Of a stretch of 64,000 bases of DNA, positions 29,293 through 39,540 are shown one piece after another. The DNA is from a bacterium. Its GTDB lineage: Bacteria; UBA10199; 2-02-FULL-50-16; JAJFLM01. The DNA is taken from assembly GCA_965216315.1 (NCBI GenBank), contig CBDCFN010000016.1, forward strand, positions 896,001-960,000. The letters run 5' to 3'. The notes under the pieces were generated by a model, which was not told the origin of the DNA, did not search any database, and saw only the letters and a program-made list of their open reading frames with translations. Within the stretch, counting starts at the first letter, position 1. Each line of letters opens with the position of its first letter. The translations under genes and the position numbers were made by a program.

Positions 29293-29975
29293 GCGATTAT
29301 CTCCTCTTTAGTGTTTATCCTTATATCGCCATAGCGATCGAACTCATTGTTTCTATTTGGCGTTTTCTCATTCGGCGCCATGAGTTTTCGAGTCTTTCGT
29401 CGGAATTTCTGGAGAGTAAAGAACTCTTTTGGGGGTCCGTACCCTGGCATTACGGAATCTTGTTTGTGTTACTCGGACACCTGGTTGCTTTCCTTTTTCC
29501 GGCGGAAATACTGGCGTGGAATAGCATGCCCGTGAGACTCTTGATTTTAGAGGTTACCGCCTTGACCTTCGGCTTGCTGGCTTTGGTCGGGATTGTCTTG
29601 TTGCTGATCAGGCGCGCGACCAATGCACGTATTCGGGTTGTTACATCTAAGATGGACGTCGCTATTCTCCTGATTCTCTTTGTTCAGGTGGCGAGCGGCG
29701 TTGGTATCGCCCTGACCATGCGTTGGGGTTCTTCGTGGTATGCCTCAGTATTGGTCCCATATTTGCGGTCGCTATTTGTATTGAATCCCAATGTGGCCCT
29801 CGTGGCGGATATGCCGCTACTAGTCAAGGTTCATATATTGTCGGCGTTTACGATTGTCTTGTTATTGCCGTTTACGCGGCTGGTGCATTTTCTCGTTATG
29901 CCGATCAATTATCTGTGGCGTTCATATCAATTGGTGATTTGGAACTGGGATAGAAAGAATATTCGGCGGCCATAA
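29289..29975 (+). CDS. narI: Nitrate reductase gamma subunit (diheme b)
   Basis: SSLSSEFLE, WHYGI...GH, KVHIL...PFTRLVH heme ligands. Confidence 0.96.
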   Translation: MSDYLLFSVYPYIAIAIELIVSIWRFLIRRHEFSSLSSEFLESKELFWGSVPWHYGILFVLLGHLVAFLFPAEILAWNSMPVRLLILEVTALTFGLLALVGIVLLLIRRATNARIRVVTSKMDVAILLILFVQVASGVGIALTMRWGSSWYASVLVPYLRSLFVLNPNVALVADMPLLVKVHILSAFTIVLLLPFTRLVHFLVMPINYLWRSYQLVIWNWDRKNIRRP

Positions 29976-30020
29976 GAGAAAAAGTTAACTTAAAGAGGGA
30001 GCGTGTAGAGGGGTGATGAG

Positions 30021-31808
30021 ATGAATATAGCTCATAAGGCAACTCGAATTAATCTGTTCAATTTTTCCACGAGGCCCATGCGGGCGTTTCACATGTCGTG
30101 GTTTGCCTTTTTTCTCTGCTTTTTTGCCTGGTTTGGTATCGCGCCTTTAATGGCGGTTGTCCGCGATGAACTGGGCCTTACTAAGGCGCAGATCGGAAAC
30201 ACAATCATTGCTTCGGTCGCGATTACCATTGTTGCGCGGCTTTTTATCGGTTGGCTCTGCGACCGGATTGGCCCGCGTTTAACATATACCTGGCTTTTAA
30301 TATTGTGCTCTTTCCCCGTCATGGGAATTGGTCTCGCACAAAGTTATGAAACGTTTTTATTGTTTCGTTTGGCTATCGGCGCAATCGGGGCTGCCTTTGT
30401 CATAACGCAGTACCATACCTCGGTGATGTTCGCGCCCAACTGTGTCGGGACGGCGAATGCGACCTCGGCCGGTTGGGGGAATCTCGGCGGCGGGGTCACG
30501 CAGATGATCATGCCGCTGATTTTTGCGGCCTTTGTTGGGTTAGGGTATTCGGACTTCTGGAGCTGGCGTCTGTCGATGGTTGTTGCCGGTGGCGTTTGTT
30601 TGGTTACTGGTGTTGCCTACTTCTTTCTGACAACGGATCTTCCCGACGGCAATTTTAAGGAGCTGCGGGCCAAGGGTCTGCACCCCGGTAAGGAGCACGT
30701 CAAAGGCAGCTTTTTGATGGCTTGCAAGGATTACCGGGTCTGGGCCTTGTTCATCATTTATGCGGCTTGTTTCGGGATTGAATTGACGATTAATAATATC
30801 GCTGCCCTCTATTTTAAAGATTATTTCGGACTCGGACTGAAGACAGCCGGTCTGGTTGCCGGTCTATTTGGCCTAATGAATATTTTTGCGCGAACCACCG
30901 GCGGCATCATCGGTGATAAATTTGGACATACGGGAGGGCTTAAAGGCCGCGTGAAATGGCTCTTTATTGCCTTATTTATCGAAGCACTCGCCTTAATGTT
31001 GTTTTCGCGGATGACGGTTCTGCCGCTGGCTATCGGAACGATGGTGGTCTTTAGTCTCTTTGTCCAGATGTCGGAAGGGGCTACCTATTCTGTCGTTCCT
31101 TTCATTAATAAAAAGGCCTTGGGTTCCGTTGCCGGTATTGTCGGCGCCGGCGGCAATATGGGTGCTGTTGCGGCAGGTTTTCTGTTCCGAGCTGAGAGTA
31201 TCTCCTGGCCGCAAGCCTTGTTGATATTGGGGGGCATTGTGGCTGTTTGTTCTTTTGCCACTTTCTTGGTGACTTTCTCCCCCGAAGCGGAAGCAGAAGT
31301 CAGAGAGGAGCACGATAAGGCATTGGCTCATCGTGCAGCTGCGGAAAAAGAGCGTGTTCCCTGGATTCATGTTCCGCCGCTGCCCCATGTCTTGAGCTTA
31401 ATCAAGCCAATGGATGCGTTGCGTGCCTTTCTCGGCGTCGCGCTGATCGTAAAGGGCGTCTATTTTATTATGAACATGCAGGAATTTGAAGTCATCGTTG
31501 GCACCGTAGGACAGTTCCAGAATGTTTTATCCTGGTATGTCGTGTTGGCCCACGTCATTGGTGGTGCGTGTCTCGCGATTGGCTTGGCGACGCGTTTTGC
31601 GGCATTTTTGAATATTACGGTGGTGCTTGGCGCCGTTATTTTTGTTCACTCGGCGGAAGGTTTGTTTAGCTCCGGGCAAGGCCTTGAGTTGACAATATTT
31701 GTGCTGTTTGCATTGTGCCTGCTTTTATGGCGCGGCTCCGGATATTTCTCGTTTGATGAACTGATCCGTTACAACAGCGACATTAAATCTGCGATGGCAG
31801 AAGAATAG
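30021..31808 (+). CDS. narK: NarK1/NRT2-type nitrate transporter (MFS) fused to a C-terminal DoxX domain
   Basis: FHMSWFAFF.CFFAWF, GTANATSAGWGNLGGG, GIVGAGGN; an extra ~130-aa 4-TM tail LRAFLG..KG..GLATRFAA..GSGYFSFD. Confidence 0.9.
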   Translation: MNIAHKATRINLFNFSTRPMRAFHMSWFAFFLCFFAWFGIAPLMAVVRDELGLTKAQIGNTIIASVAITIVARLFIGWLCDRIGPRLTYTWLLILCSFPVMGIGLAQSYETFLLFRLAIGAIGAAFVITQYHTSVMFAPNCVGTANATSAGWGNLGGGVTQMIMPLIFAAFVGLGYSDFWSWRLSMVVAGGVCLVTGVAYFFLTTDLPDGNFKELRAKGLHPGKEHVKGSFLMACKDYRVWALFIIYAACFGIELTINNIAALYFKDYFGLGLKTAGLVAGLFGLMNIFARTTGGIIGDKFGHTGGLKGRVKWLFIALFIEALALMLFSRMTVLPLAIGTMVVFSLFVQMSEGATYSVVPFINKKALGSVAGIVGAGGNMGAVAAGFLFRAESISWPQALLILGGIVAVCSFATFLVTFSPEAEAEVREEHDKALAHRAAAEKERVPWIHVPPLPHVLSLIKPMDALRAFLGVALIVKGVYFIMNMQEFEVIVGTVGQFQNVLSWYVVLAHVIGGACLAIGLATRFAAFLNITVVLGAVIFVHSAEGLFSSGQGLELTIFVLFALCLLLWRGSGYFSFDELIRYNSDIKSAMAEE

Positions 31809-31819
31809 GGGAAGGGCGC

Positions 31820-33451
31820 ATGACACGGCTTGAAAAATGGGATGTCGAAGATGAATCTTTTTGGGAGAAAACAGGGAAGAAGATCGCCTTTCGCAACCTT
31901 GTTATTTCAATTCCGAATCTCCTCTGTGGTTTTTCTGTTTGGCTTTACTGGGGGATGATCGCCAAGATCATTCAGAAGATTCATTTTGGTAGCGGTGAGA
32001 CTCTATTCAATTTTACCTTTGGCAACGACGGGGCCCCTATCACGGGCGATGCCTACCGCGCCTTGCTGTTTACCTTGCCGGCTGTAGCCGGCTTAACCGG
32101 CGCGACGTTGCGTATTCCCAACTCATTCATGATTGCGATCAGCGGTGGCCGTAACGTCAAGTTTATGACGACGATCTTGTTGATTATTCCCGCGGTTGCG
32201 GCGGGCTTTGCTCTCCAGAATCCGAATACGCCGTTCTTTACGTTTATCCTGTTGGCGGCGCTCTCCGGCGTTGGGGGTGGGGCGTTTGCCTCCTCCATGT
32301 CCAATATCTCTTTCTTCTTCCCGAAACGCATGCAAGGTCTTTCGTTAGGGTTGAATGCCGGGCTCGGGAATGCCGGGGTCAGTGTCATGCAGTTCCTGAT
32401 TCCTTGGGCGATCACCTTCGGGATGTTCGGTGCGATTGGCGGTGAACCCTATGTCTTTGGGGCAAACAATACTCAGCTCTGGGTGCAGAATGCAGCGCTC
32501 GTCTGGGTGCCTCCCATGAGCGTGCTGGCTATATTGGCTTTCCTTTTTATGAACAATCTCCCGCAGCATAAGTGCGGGTCGACACCTATTGCGATTGCGA
32601 AATACTTATGGCTGACGATACTGGGCTTCGGTGGGGCTGCGATCGGTATCACCCTCTTGTTGATTGATTGGGGTGCCTTCCCGGTTCTCTTGAAAATCTT
32701 CGTCGTGCTCGTCATTGCGGTTATTGCAACCTTGTTGTTCATGCGCAACTTGACGCCGAAGGAGACTAAGGAAAACCTGAAAGGGCAGTTCGCGATCTTC
32801 CGCAACAAGCATAACTGGATCATGACCTGGCTCTATACAATGACTTTTGGTTCGTTCATTGGTTATGCGAACGCCTTTCCCAAGCTTATTGATGACGTCT
32901 TTGGCGTGATTCGAGTGGATGCTTCAGGTAATCCCTTGGCGGAAGCCATAATGAACCCTAATGCGCCTATCTCGTCCAAGTACATTTGGATCGGCGCCGG
33001 TGTCGGTGCGCTGATTCGGCCGCTCGGTGGTTGGCTGTCGGATAAACTCGGCGGTGCGCGGGTGACCTTCTGGGATACCTGGATCATGATCGGTGCAACG
33101 ATTGGGGCAGGATACTTTGTTGCCTTAGCCAACCAATCGCCGACGCCGGAGCAGTTTTTTATTCCTTTTCTGCTATTGTTTATCCTCTTGTTTGCGACGA
33201 CGGGCGTCGGGAATGGATCTACTTTCCGCATGATCCCGATTATTTTCTCGAAAGAGCAGGCGGGGCCTGTCCTCGGATGGACTTCGGCCATTGCCGCCTA
33301 CGGGGCTTTTTTGATTCCGAAAATCTTTGGCACGCAAATCAAGGCGGGGACGCCTGAGTATGCGCTTTATGGATTTGCGGCCTACTATGCGACGTGCATC
33401 GTTGCGTGCTGGTATTGGTATAGCCGTAAGAATGCGGAAATTAAGTGCTAG
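31820..33451 (+). CDS. narK: NarK2-type nitrate/nitrite antiporter (MFS)
   Basis: RNLVISIPNL, GGAFASSMSNISFFFPK, GLNAGLGNAG, TFGSFIG, GNGSTFRMIP, SAIAAYGAF. Confidence 0.93.
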   Translation: MTRLEKWDVEDESFWEKTGKKIAFRNLVISIPNLLCGFSVWLYWGMIAKIIQKIHFGSGETLFNFTFGNDGAPITGDAYRALLFTLPAVAGLTGATLRIPNSFMIAISGGRNVKFMTTILLIIPAVAAGFALQNPNTPFFTFILLAALSGVGGGAFASSMSNISFFFPKRMQGLSLGLNAGLGNAGVSVMQFLIPWAITFGMFGAIGGEPYVFGANNTQLWVQNAALVWVPPMSVLAILAFLFMNNLPQHKCGSTPIAIAKYLWLTILGFGGAAIGITLLLIDWGAFPVLLKIFVVLVIAVIATLLFMRNLTPKETKENLKGQFAIFRNKHNWIMTWLYTMTFGSFIGYANAFPKLIDDVFGVIRVDASGNPLAEAIMNPNAPISSKYIWIGAGVGALIRPLGGWLSDKLGGARVTFWDTWIMIGATIGAGYFVALANQSPTPEQFFIPFLLLFILLFATTGVGNGSTFRMIPIIFSKEQAGPVLGWTSAIAAYGAFLIPKIFGTQIKAGTPEYALYGFAAYYATCIVACWYWYSRKNAEIKC

Positions 33452-33469
33452 TTTGTTGGAGACTATGGG

Positions 33470-34060
33470 ATGGAGCGTTTACGGCCTAAATTCATTACAC
33501 TTGCAGTCATTGTCGCTGTAGTCGTGTTGCTGAGTGTCTTGATAAAAGAATGGTATCGGATCGGGATTAACCAAGGGTATGAGCCCGATCAGCCGATTGA
33601 CTATTCACATAAAATTCATGCGGGCGATCATAAAATAGCCTGTTTGTATTGTCACTTTGGCGCGGAAAAGAGCCGTCATGCCGGGATTCCTCCGACGCAG
33701 GTCTGCATGAATTGCCATAGTGTCATTAAGAAAGATTCGCCGGAGATCGCCAAGATAAAAAAAGCGCTCGCGGAAAAGAAGCCGATTGAGTGGGTGAAGG
33801 TCCACAATTTACCAGATTATGTTTACTTTAATCATAAGCAACATGTGAAGGGCGGTGTTTCCTGTCAAGACTGCCATGGCGCCGTGGAGACAATGTCGCG
33901 GGTCAGACAAGTCGAGCCTTTGACGATGGGCTGGTGCATTGAGTGTCATCGCGAAAAAGGTATTACGCCGCCAGAAGGACATTTTACGGAGATGAAGAAA
34001 GGGACAGTAGAGGCCGGTTTCCGCTTTGGTGGAATGGACTGTGCTAAATGTCATTATTAA
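33470..34060 (+). CDS. actA: Alternative complex III pentaheme cytochrome c ActA
   Basis: N-terminal TM; QPIDYSHKIHAG; five CxxCH (CLYCH, CMNCH, CQDCH, CIECH, CAKCH); LTMGWC. Confidence 0.92.
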   Translation: MERLRPKFITLAVIVAVVVLLSVLIKEWYRIGINQGYEPDQPIDYSHKIHAGDHKIACLYCHFGAEKSRHAGIPPTQVCMNCHSVIKKDSPEIAKIKKALAEKKPIEWVKVHNLPDYVYFNHKQHVKGGVSCQDCHGAVETMSRVRQVEPLTMGWCIECHREKGITPPEGHFTEMKKGTVEAGFRFGGMDCAKCHY

Positions 34061-34064
34061 GCCA

Positions 34065-37010
34065 ATGAAACGAGACGAAACAAAAAAAACCTATTGGAAG
34101 TCATTAGAGGAGCTGCATCAGGATCCGGAGTTTCTCGAACAATCAAAGGATGAGTTCCCTGAGTCTGCACCGAATCGCCGTGACTTTCTTAAGCTGATGG
34201 GCTTTAGCGTGACGGCGGCGTCTTTGGCCGCCTGTTCCCGGTCACCGGTGTATAAGGCGATCGCATATCTGGATAAGCCCGTCGATACAACGCCGGGCGT
34301 GGCGAATTACTATGCAACGACCTGCGCCGGCTGTGAAGCGGTCTGTGGCTTGTTGGCAAAAACGCGTGATGGTCGGCCTATTAAAATCGAAGGCAATCCC
34401 GAATCTCCGATAAATACAGGGAGTACCTGTGCGACCGGGCAGGCTTCGGTGCTGTCACTCTACGATGGTGCGCGCCTGCAAGGACCGCAGCTAGCTGCGG
34501 CAAAATCAAGTTGGAATTCGATTGATAAGTCGGTGCGCGAGGGTCTTCAAAGTGCTGTCGCGGCGGGAAAGAAAATAGCTTTGCTGACGGGCACGTTGAT
34601 GAGCCCGACGACACGCCAGCTGATAAGTGAGTTTACTGCGCATTATACGAATGCGGAACATATTACTTATGATCCCGTCTCTGTTGATGCGATTTATGCG
34701 GCCAATCAGGAGAATTTTGGTAAGGCCGTTATTCCCAGTTACCTCTTCGATAAGGCCAATGTCATCGTGGGTGTTAACGCTGACTTTCTGAATACTTGGA
34801 TATCACCGGTCGAGTTTACGCAACGATACAGCAAGGGCCGCAAGCTTGGGGATAAGTCAGAGATGTCGCGGCACGTTCAGTTTGAGTCCTATGTTTCGTT
34901 GACGGGGAGTAATGCCGACCAAAGGGTTGGTATCCAGCCATCGCAACAGGGTTTGGTGCTCTGGGGGTTGCTTGCCGAGATAGCCCGCCTTGCCGGTGGT
35001 GCCTCCGTTCCAACTCCGGATCTGAGTGGTTTGGATGCAGCATTTATTAAGAAAACCGCCCATGAATTGTGGAAGAGTCGCGGCGAGTCTTTAGTGGTGT
35101 CCGGGAGTAATGACGTGGCTCATCAACGTCTTTGCAACGCTATCAATGCGCAATTAGGCAATGTTGGCAGGACGATTGACTTAGATAATCCAATTCGTCG
35201 CAATTCGGGGACTTCTAGGTCGATTCAAGAGCTGGTTGCCGATATGCAGAAAGGGGAGGTTGGCGCGCTTATTATTTATGGTGTCAATCCCGCCTATGAC
35301 TACGCGGAGGCTGAGAAGTTTAAGGAAGGCCTTAAAAAGGTCAAATTATCCGTCTCATTGGATCCTTATCGCACCGAAACGGCGGCGTTAAGTAAGGTGT
35401 TGGCGCCTGATCTTCATTATCTGGAGGCCTGGAATGATGCCGAGGCGAAGGCCAACCTCTTTCACTTAACGCAGCCGACAATAGCGCCGCTCTATAATAC
35501 GCGTGCGGCTCAAGACAGTCTCTTGAAGTGGATGGGAAAGAATACGGATTATTATCATTATCTTAAGGACGCTTGGAAAAGTAAGATTTTTTCGCAGCAA
35601 TCGCGTTTTGCTAGCTTTAAGTCTTTTTGGGATCGCGCCCTGCATGATGGCGGAGTGGCCTTTCCTGCACAGACCCCGAGGCACCATGCCTTTTCGGGCA
35701 ATGTCAGTTCATCCATAGCGCAGGTGAAAGGGCAGCAGGGCAAGGGAGGTTATGAGCTTTATCTTTATGAAAAGGTGGGCGTACGAGATGGCCGCCACGC
35801 AAATAATCCCTGGCTTCAAGAGCTGCCGGATCCCGTTAGCAAAGTGACCTGGGATAATTATGCAAACATGGCGCCTGAGGAAGCGAGCCGTCTGGGTCTG
35901 AAACAGGGAGATATGATTCGACTCAGTGTGGGCAATCGCAAAATCAAATTGCCGGTCTATCTGCAGCCCGGACATCCGGTCAAAACAATTTCTGCGGCCC
36001 TTGGTTACGGGCGCAAGCAGGCGGGGAAGGTTGGGAATAATGTCGGTGGCAACCTCTATCCTTTTGTGACACTAACGAAAGAGTCTTTTATTTATCATTC
36101 AGGCGGGTTGGATGTCAGTAAGTCCACTGGACGGCACAAATTAGCTGTCACGCAAACACACAATTCGATGGAAGGTCGGCCGATTATCAAGGAAACGACA
36201 CTTCCGGCCTATCAGGCGAATCCAAAGTCCGGTAACGAAGACAAAGTTCATTTAGTATCGTTGTGGCCTGAGCATAAATACACTGGGCAGCGCTGGGGGA
36301 TGGCGATCGATTTGAATGCCTGTACGGGGTGTTCGAGTTGTGTGGTTAGCTGTCAGGCGGAGAATAATGTTCCGGTCGTTGGGCAAGACGAAGTCTACCG
36401 GCGTCGCGAGATGCATTGGATAAGGATTGATAGGTACTATAGTGGCACTGAAGAGAATCCCGATGTCGCCCATCAGCCAATGATGTGCCAGCATTGTGCG
36501 AATGCTCCTTGCGAAACGGTCTGTCCGGTGCTTGCCACCGTTCACAGCTCGGATGGGCTGAATCAGCAGGTTTATAATCGCTGTGTGGGGACCCGCTATT
36601 GCGCCAATAACTGTCCGTACAAAGTTAGACGCTTCAATTGGTTTAACTATGCGGACAACGACAAGTTTGATTACAACATGAATAGTGAGATCGGTAAGAT
36701 GGTTCTCAATCCCGATATTGTCGTTCGGTCACGCGGCGTGATGGAGAAATGCTCCATGTGTATCCAACGTATCCAGGAAGGGAAGTTGAAGGCACGGGAT
36801 GAGGGTAGGAAGGTGAAAGACGGGGATATCCAGATGGCATGCCAGCAGTCCTGTCCGTCAGATGCTATTGTATTTGGCGACTTGAGCGATCCTAAAAGTC
36901 GCATTTCGAAGCTTGTTAAAAATGATCGTTATTATCGCGTCTTAGAAGAGCTGAATGTACAACCCGTTGTGGGTTATCTGACGAAAGTTAGGAATATTGA
37001 GAAGGGTTAA
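34065..37010 (+). CDS. actB: Alternative complex III subunit ActB (Tat lipoprotein, Mo-less molybdopterin fold plus Fe-S domain)
   Basis: YWKSLEEL, NRRDFLK..LAAC, NNPWLQELPDP, CTGCSSCVVSC, CQHCANAPCETVCP, CVGTRYCANNCPY, EKCSMC; start moved to ATG 34065. Confidence 0.94.
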   Translation: MKRDETKKTYWKSLEELHQDPEFLEQSKDEFPESAPNRRDFLKLMGFSVTAASLAACSRSPVYKAIAYLDKPVDTTPGVANYYATTCAGCEAVCGLLAKTRDGRPIKIEGNPESPINTGSTCATGQASVLSLYDGARLQGPQLAAAKSSWNSIDKSVREGLQSAVAAGKKIALLTGTLMSPTTRQLISEFTAHYTNAEHITYDPVSVDAIYAANQENFGKAVIPSYLFDKANVIVGVNADFLNTWISPVEFTQRYSKGRKLGDKSEMSRHVQFESYVSLTGSNADQRVGIQPSQQGLVLWGLLAEIARLAGGASVPTPDLSGLDAAFIKKTAHELWKSRGESLVVSGSNDVAHQRLCNAINAQLGNVGRTIDLDNPIRRNSGTSRSIQELVADMQKGEVGALIIYGVNPAYDYAEAEKFKEGLKKVKLSVSLDPYRTETAALSKVLAPDLHYLEAWNDAEAKANLFHLTQPTIAPLYNTRAAQDSLLKWMGKNTDYYHYLKDAWKSKIFSQQSRFASFKSFWDRALHDGGVAFPAQTPRHHAFSGNVSSSIAQVKGQQGKGGYELYLYEKVGVRDGRHANNPWLQELPDPVSKVTWDNYANMAPEEASRLGLKQGDMIRLSVGNRKIKLPVYLQPGHPVKTISAALGYGRKQAGKVGNNVGGNLYPFVTLTKESFIYHSGGLDVSKSTGRHKLAVTQTHNSMEGRPIIKETTLPAYQANPKSGNEDKVHLVSLWPEHKYTGQRWGMAIDLNACTGCSSCVVSCQAENNVPVVGQDEVYRRREMHWIRIDRYYSGTEENPDVAHQPMMCQHCANAPCETVCPVLATVHSSDGLNQQVYNRCVGTRYCANNCPYKVRRFNWFNYADNDKFDYNMNSEIGKMVLNPDIVVRSRGVMEKCSMCIQRIQEGKLKARDEGRKVKDGDIQMACQQSCPSDAIVFGDLSDPKSRISKLVKNDRYYRVLEELNVQPVVGYLTKVRNIEKG

Positions 37011-38408
37011 GTGATGATATCAGCCGCTGAAAATGAGAGGCCATCAGCTAACGTTGTGCGCGGAGTCAGCAAACTCCGCCAGATTACCGCGGAAGTCTTA
37101 CGTCCATTGGAGACGCGCCCGGGAGCGGCTTGGTGGCTGACCTTTGCGGTCGCGTGCTCGGCCTTAGGAGTGGGGGCCGTAATGATCGCCTATCAGATTG
37201 CCGTTGGTATCGGCGTTTGGGGGCTCAATAAAACGATTGGCTGGGCCTTTGACATCACTAACTTCGTGTTCTGGATTGGTATTGGTCATGCCGGAACCCT
37301 GATTTCGGCTATTCTACTATTATTTAGACAGCGTTGGCGTAATTCGATTAATAGAGCTGCCGAGGCCATGACGATTTTTGCCGTGATGTGCGCCGGTATC
37401 TTTCCCGTCATTCATATGGGACGTCCATGGCTCGCCTATTGGGTCTTTCCCTATCCAAACACGCGTGGTTCGCTGTGGGTCAATTTTCGCTCACCGCTGT
37501 TATGGGATGTCGTCGCGATTAGCACCTATTTCACGATCTCTTTTGTTTTCTGGTATATCGGAATGATCCCCGACCTAGCCTTGATGCGTGATCGGGCTAA
37601 AGCCGGGATCAAGAAGAAGCTCTGCGCCCTATTTAGCATGGGTTGGAATGGTTCACAACGTACCTGGGCACGTTATGAGATGCTCTGTTTGATCTTGGCC
37701 GGTTTGGCCGCGCCGCTTGTAGTCTCGGTTCATACCATTGTGAGTATGGACTTTGCCACGTCCGTTATTCCTGGGTGGCACACGACTATTTTTCCGCCAT
37801 ATTTCGTCGTTGGGGCGGTTTTCTCCGGCTTCGGGATGGTCATGACGCTGATGATCATCACCAGAAAGGTGATGAACTGGGAAAAATACATTACTTTGCA
37901 ACATCTCCAGGCGATGGCCAAGGTTCTGCTTGTAACGGGTTCGATAGTCGGATTTGCGTACTTAACCGAGTTTTTTATGGCTTGGTATAGTGGTAACCAA
38001 TTTGAGCTATTTACCTTTGTTAATCGCGCAACCGGGCCTTATTGGTGGGCCTACTGGATCATGATGAGCTCAAACTTGATTGCGCCCCAGCTTTTTTGGT
38101 TTAGGAAGGTTCGCAACAGCGTTCCGATGATGTTCTTCCTCTCTATCATCGTTAATATCGGGATGTGGTTTGAGCGTTTCGTAATCATCGTAACCTCGCT
38201 TCATCGAGATTACCTGCCGTCGAGTTGGGCGATGTATACGCCGACTGTGATTGAGGTTGGCACGTTGATCGGGAGCTTCGGACTCTTCTTTACCGCGTAT
38301 CTACTTTTTATTCGCGTGCTGCCGGCGATTGCAATCAATGAGGTGAAAGCGATTACCAAGCTGGACACTGATTCGAGTGATTCGGAGGAGGCTGTGTCTC
38401 ATGGTTAA
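37011..38408 (+). CDS. actC: Alternative complex III quinol-binding subunit ActC (NrfD family)
   Basis: [52 protein letters not shown]. Confidence 0.95.
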   Translation: MMISAAENERPSANVVRGVSKLRQITAEVLRPLETRPGAAWWLTFAVACSALGVGAVMIAYQIAVGIGVWGLNKTIGWAFDITNFVFWIGIGHAGTLISAILLLFRQRWRNSINRAAEAMTIFAVMCAGIFPVIHMGRPWLAYWVFPYPNTRGSLWVNFRSPLLWDVVAISTYFTISFVFWYIGMIPDLALMRDRAKAGIKKKLCALFSMGWNGSQRTWARYEMLCLILAGLAAPLVVSVHTIVSMDFATSVIPGWHTTIFPPYFVVGAVFSGFGMVMTLMIITRKVMNWEKYITLQHLQAMAKVLLVTGSIVGFAYLTEFFMAWYSGNQFELFTFVNRATGPYWWAYWIMMSSNLIAPQLFWFRKVRNSVPMMFFLSIIVNIGMWFERFVIIVTSLHRDYLPSSWAMYTPTVIEVGTLIGSFGLFFTAYLLFIRVLPAIAINEVKAITKLDTDSSDSEEAVSHG

Positions 38409-38922
38409 ACGCTATGTCATAGGGTTCTTTGAATCGGACAAGACCATACTTAAGGCTGTTCGGATGCTGAAAAAAGAGGGCGTGAAGATTTATGATGCCT
38501 ATACGCCTTATGCGGTCCATGGACTGGATGAAGCCATGGGGTTGAGACGATCACGCTTAGGAATTGTGACATTTTTTGCCGGGGCGATCGGTTGTGCAAT
38601 TGCGCTTCTATTTCAGGTCTGGACCTCTGCCTTTGACTGGCCGGTGAATGTTGGAGGGAAGCCGGGTAACTCGTGGCCCGCATTTATACCGGTGACATTT
38701 GAATTAACCGTGTTGATAGGGGGCTTGGTGACCGTTGCGGCGTTCTTTATGCGGTCAAAGTTATTGTGGGGGAATAAAATTCATCTTCCGATTGAAGGGG
38801 TGACTGATGATGCCTTTGCTTTAATTCTCGATAATACGGATGGGGGCATTGATATAAGTGCTGCGGAGAGACGCATGCAAGAGCTTGGTGCGACGAAAGT
38901 GATGGAACAGGTGTTGATGTGA
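38401..38922 (+). CDS. actD: Alternative complex III subunit ActD (DUF3341)
   Basis: [37 protein letters not shown]; start ATG 38401. Confidence 0.93.
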   Translation: MVKRYVIGFFESDKTILKAVRMLKKEGVKIYDAYTPYAVHGLDEAMGLRRSRLGIVTFFAGAIGCAIALLFQVWTSAFDWPVNVGGKPGNSWPAFIPVTFELTVLIGGLVTVAAFFMRSKLLWGNKIHLPIEGVTDDAFALILDNTDGGIDISAAERRMQELGATKVMEQVLM

Positions 38923-39536
38923 AGCGTTATACCTTAAAAATCTGTGTTGTGAGCCTGTTAGGTCTGACCCTGTTGGCGTGTGAGCGAGACCATCGTAAGC
39001 CTGCTTTTATGTTTTTCCCGGAAATGGTGGAATCGGTTCCCTATGATAGTTTCGCCCCGAATGCCAACCATAAGGACGGTAAGACGTTGCAGCGTCCTGT
39101 TAAGGGGACAGTCCCTCGAGGATTTCTGCCTTATCCTTTTCCGGAGGACCGAGAGCGGGCTGCCAAAGAGCTCAAGAACATCCTGCCGAATACCAAGGCT
39201 GTTGTGGCGCGTGGCCAGCATTACTATGAGGCCTTTTGTCTTCCGTGTCACGGAGTGATGGGTAAAGGGGATGGGCCGCTGATTCCTAAGTATCCGAATC
39301 CGCCTTCATTTACGGCCAAGAGTATGCGTCATATGCCGGAGGGAGAGATCTATCACGTCATTACAATGGGATCCGGGCAGATGGCGCCCTATGCTACTCA
39401 AATTGACCCCGAGGATCGCTGGGCAATTGTTCGTTATGTACAAGTATTGCAGAAAGCAGGGAGGCCGACCGGACAGCCTGAGGCGCAAGAAGAAGTGAAG
39501 GCTTCTCCTCAAGAAGTCATTGAAGGAGGATTATAA
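38919..39536 (+). CDS. actE: Alternative complex III monoheme lipoprotein cytochrome ActE
   Basis: Lipobox LLAC, GTVPRG, CLPCHG, GQMAPYA..DRWAIVRY. Confidence 0.92.
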   Translation: MKRYTLKICVVSLLGLTLLACERDHRKPAFMFFPEMVESVPYDSFAPNANHKDGKTLQRPVKGTVPRGFLPYPFPEDRERAAKELKNILPNTKAVVARGQHYYEAFCLPCHGVMGKGDGPLIPKYPNPPSFTAKSMRHMPEGEIYHVITMGSGQMAPYATQIDPEDRWAIVRYVQVLQKAGRPTGQPEAQEEVKASPQEVIEGGL

Positions 39537-39540
39537 GACG

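Noticed and set aside
34065..38408. Polysulfide/tetrathionate reductase or Nrf nitrite reductase
   Set aside because: The gene order, fused ActB, DUF3341, ActE and ActF define ACIII, and there is no NrfA CxxCK motif.
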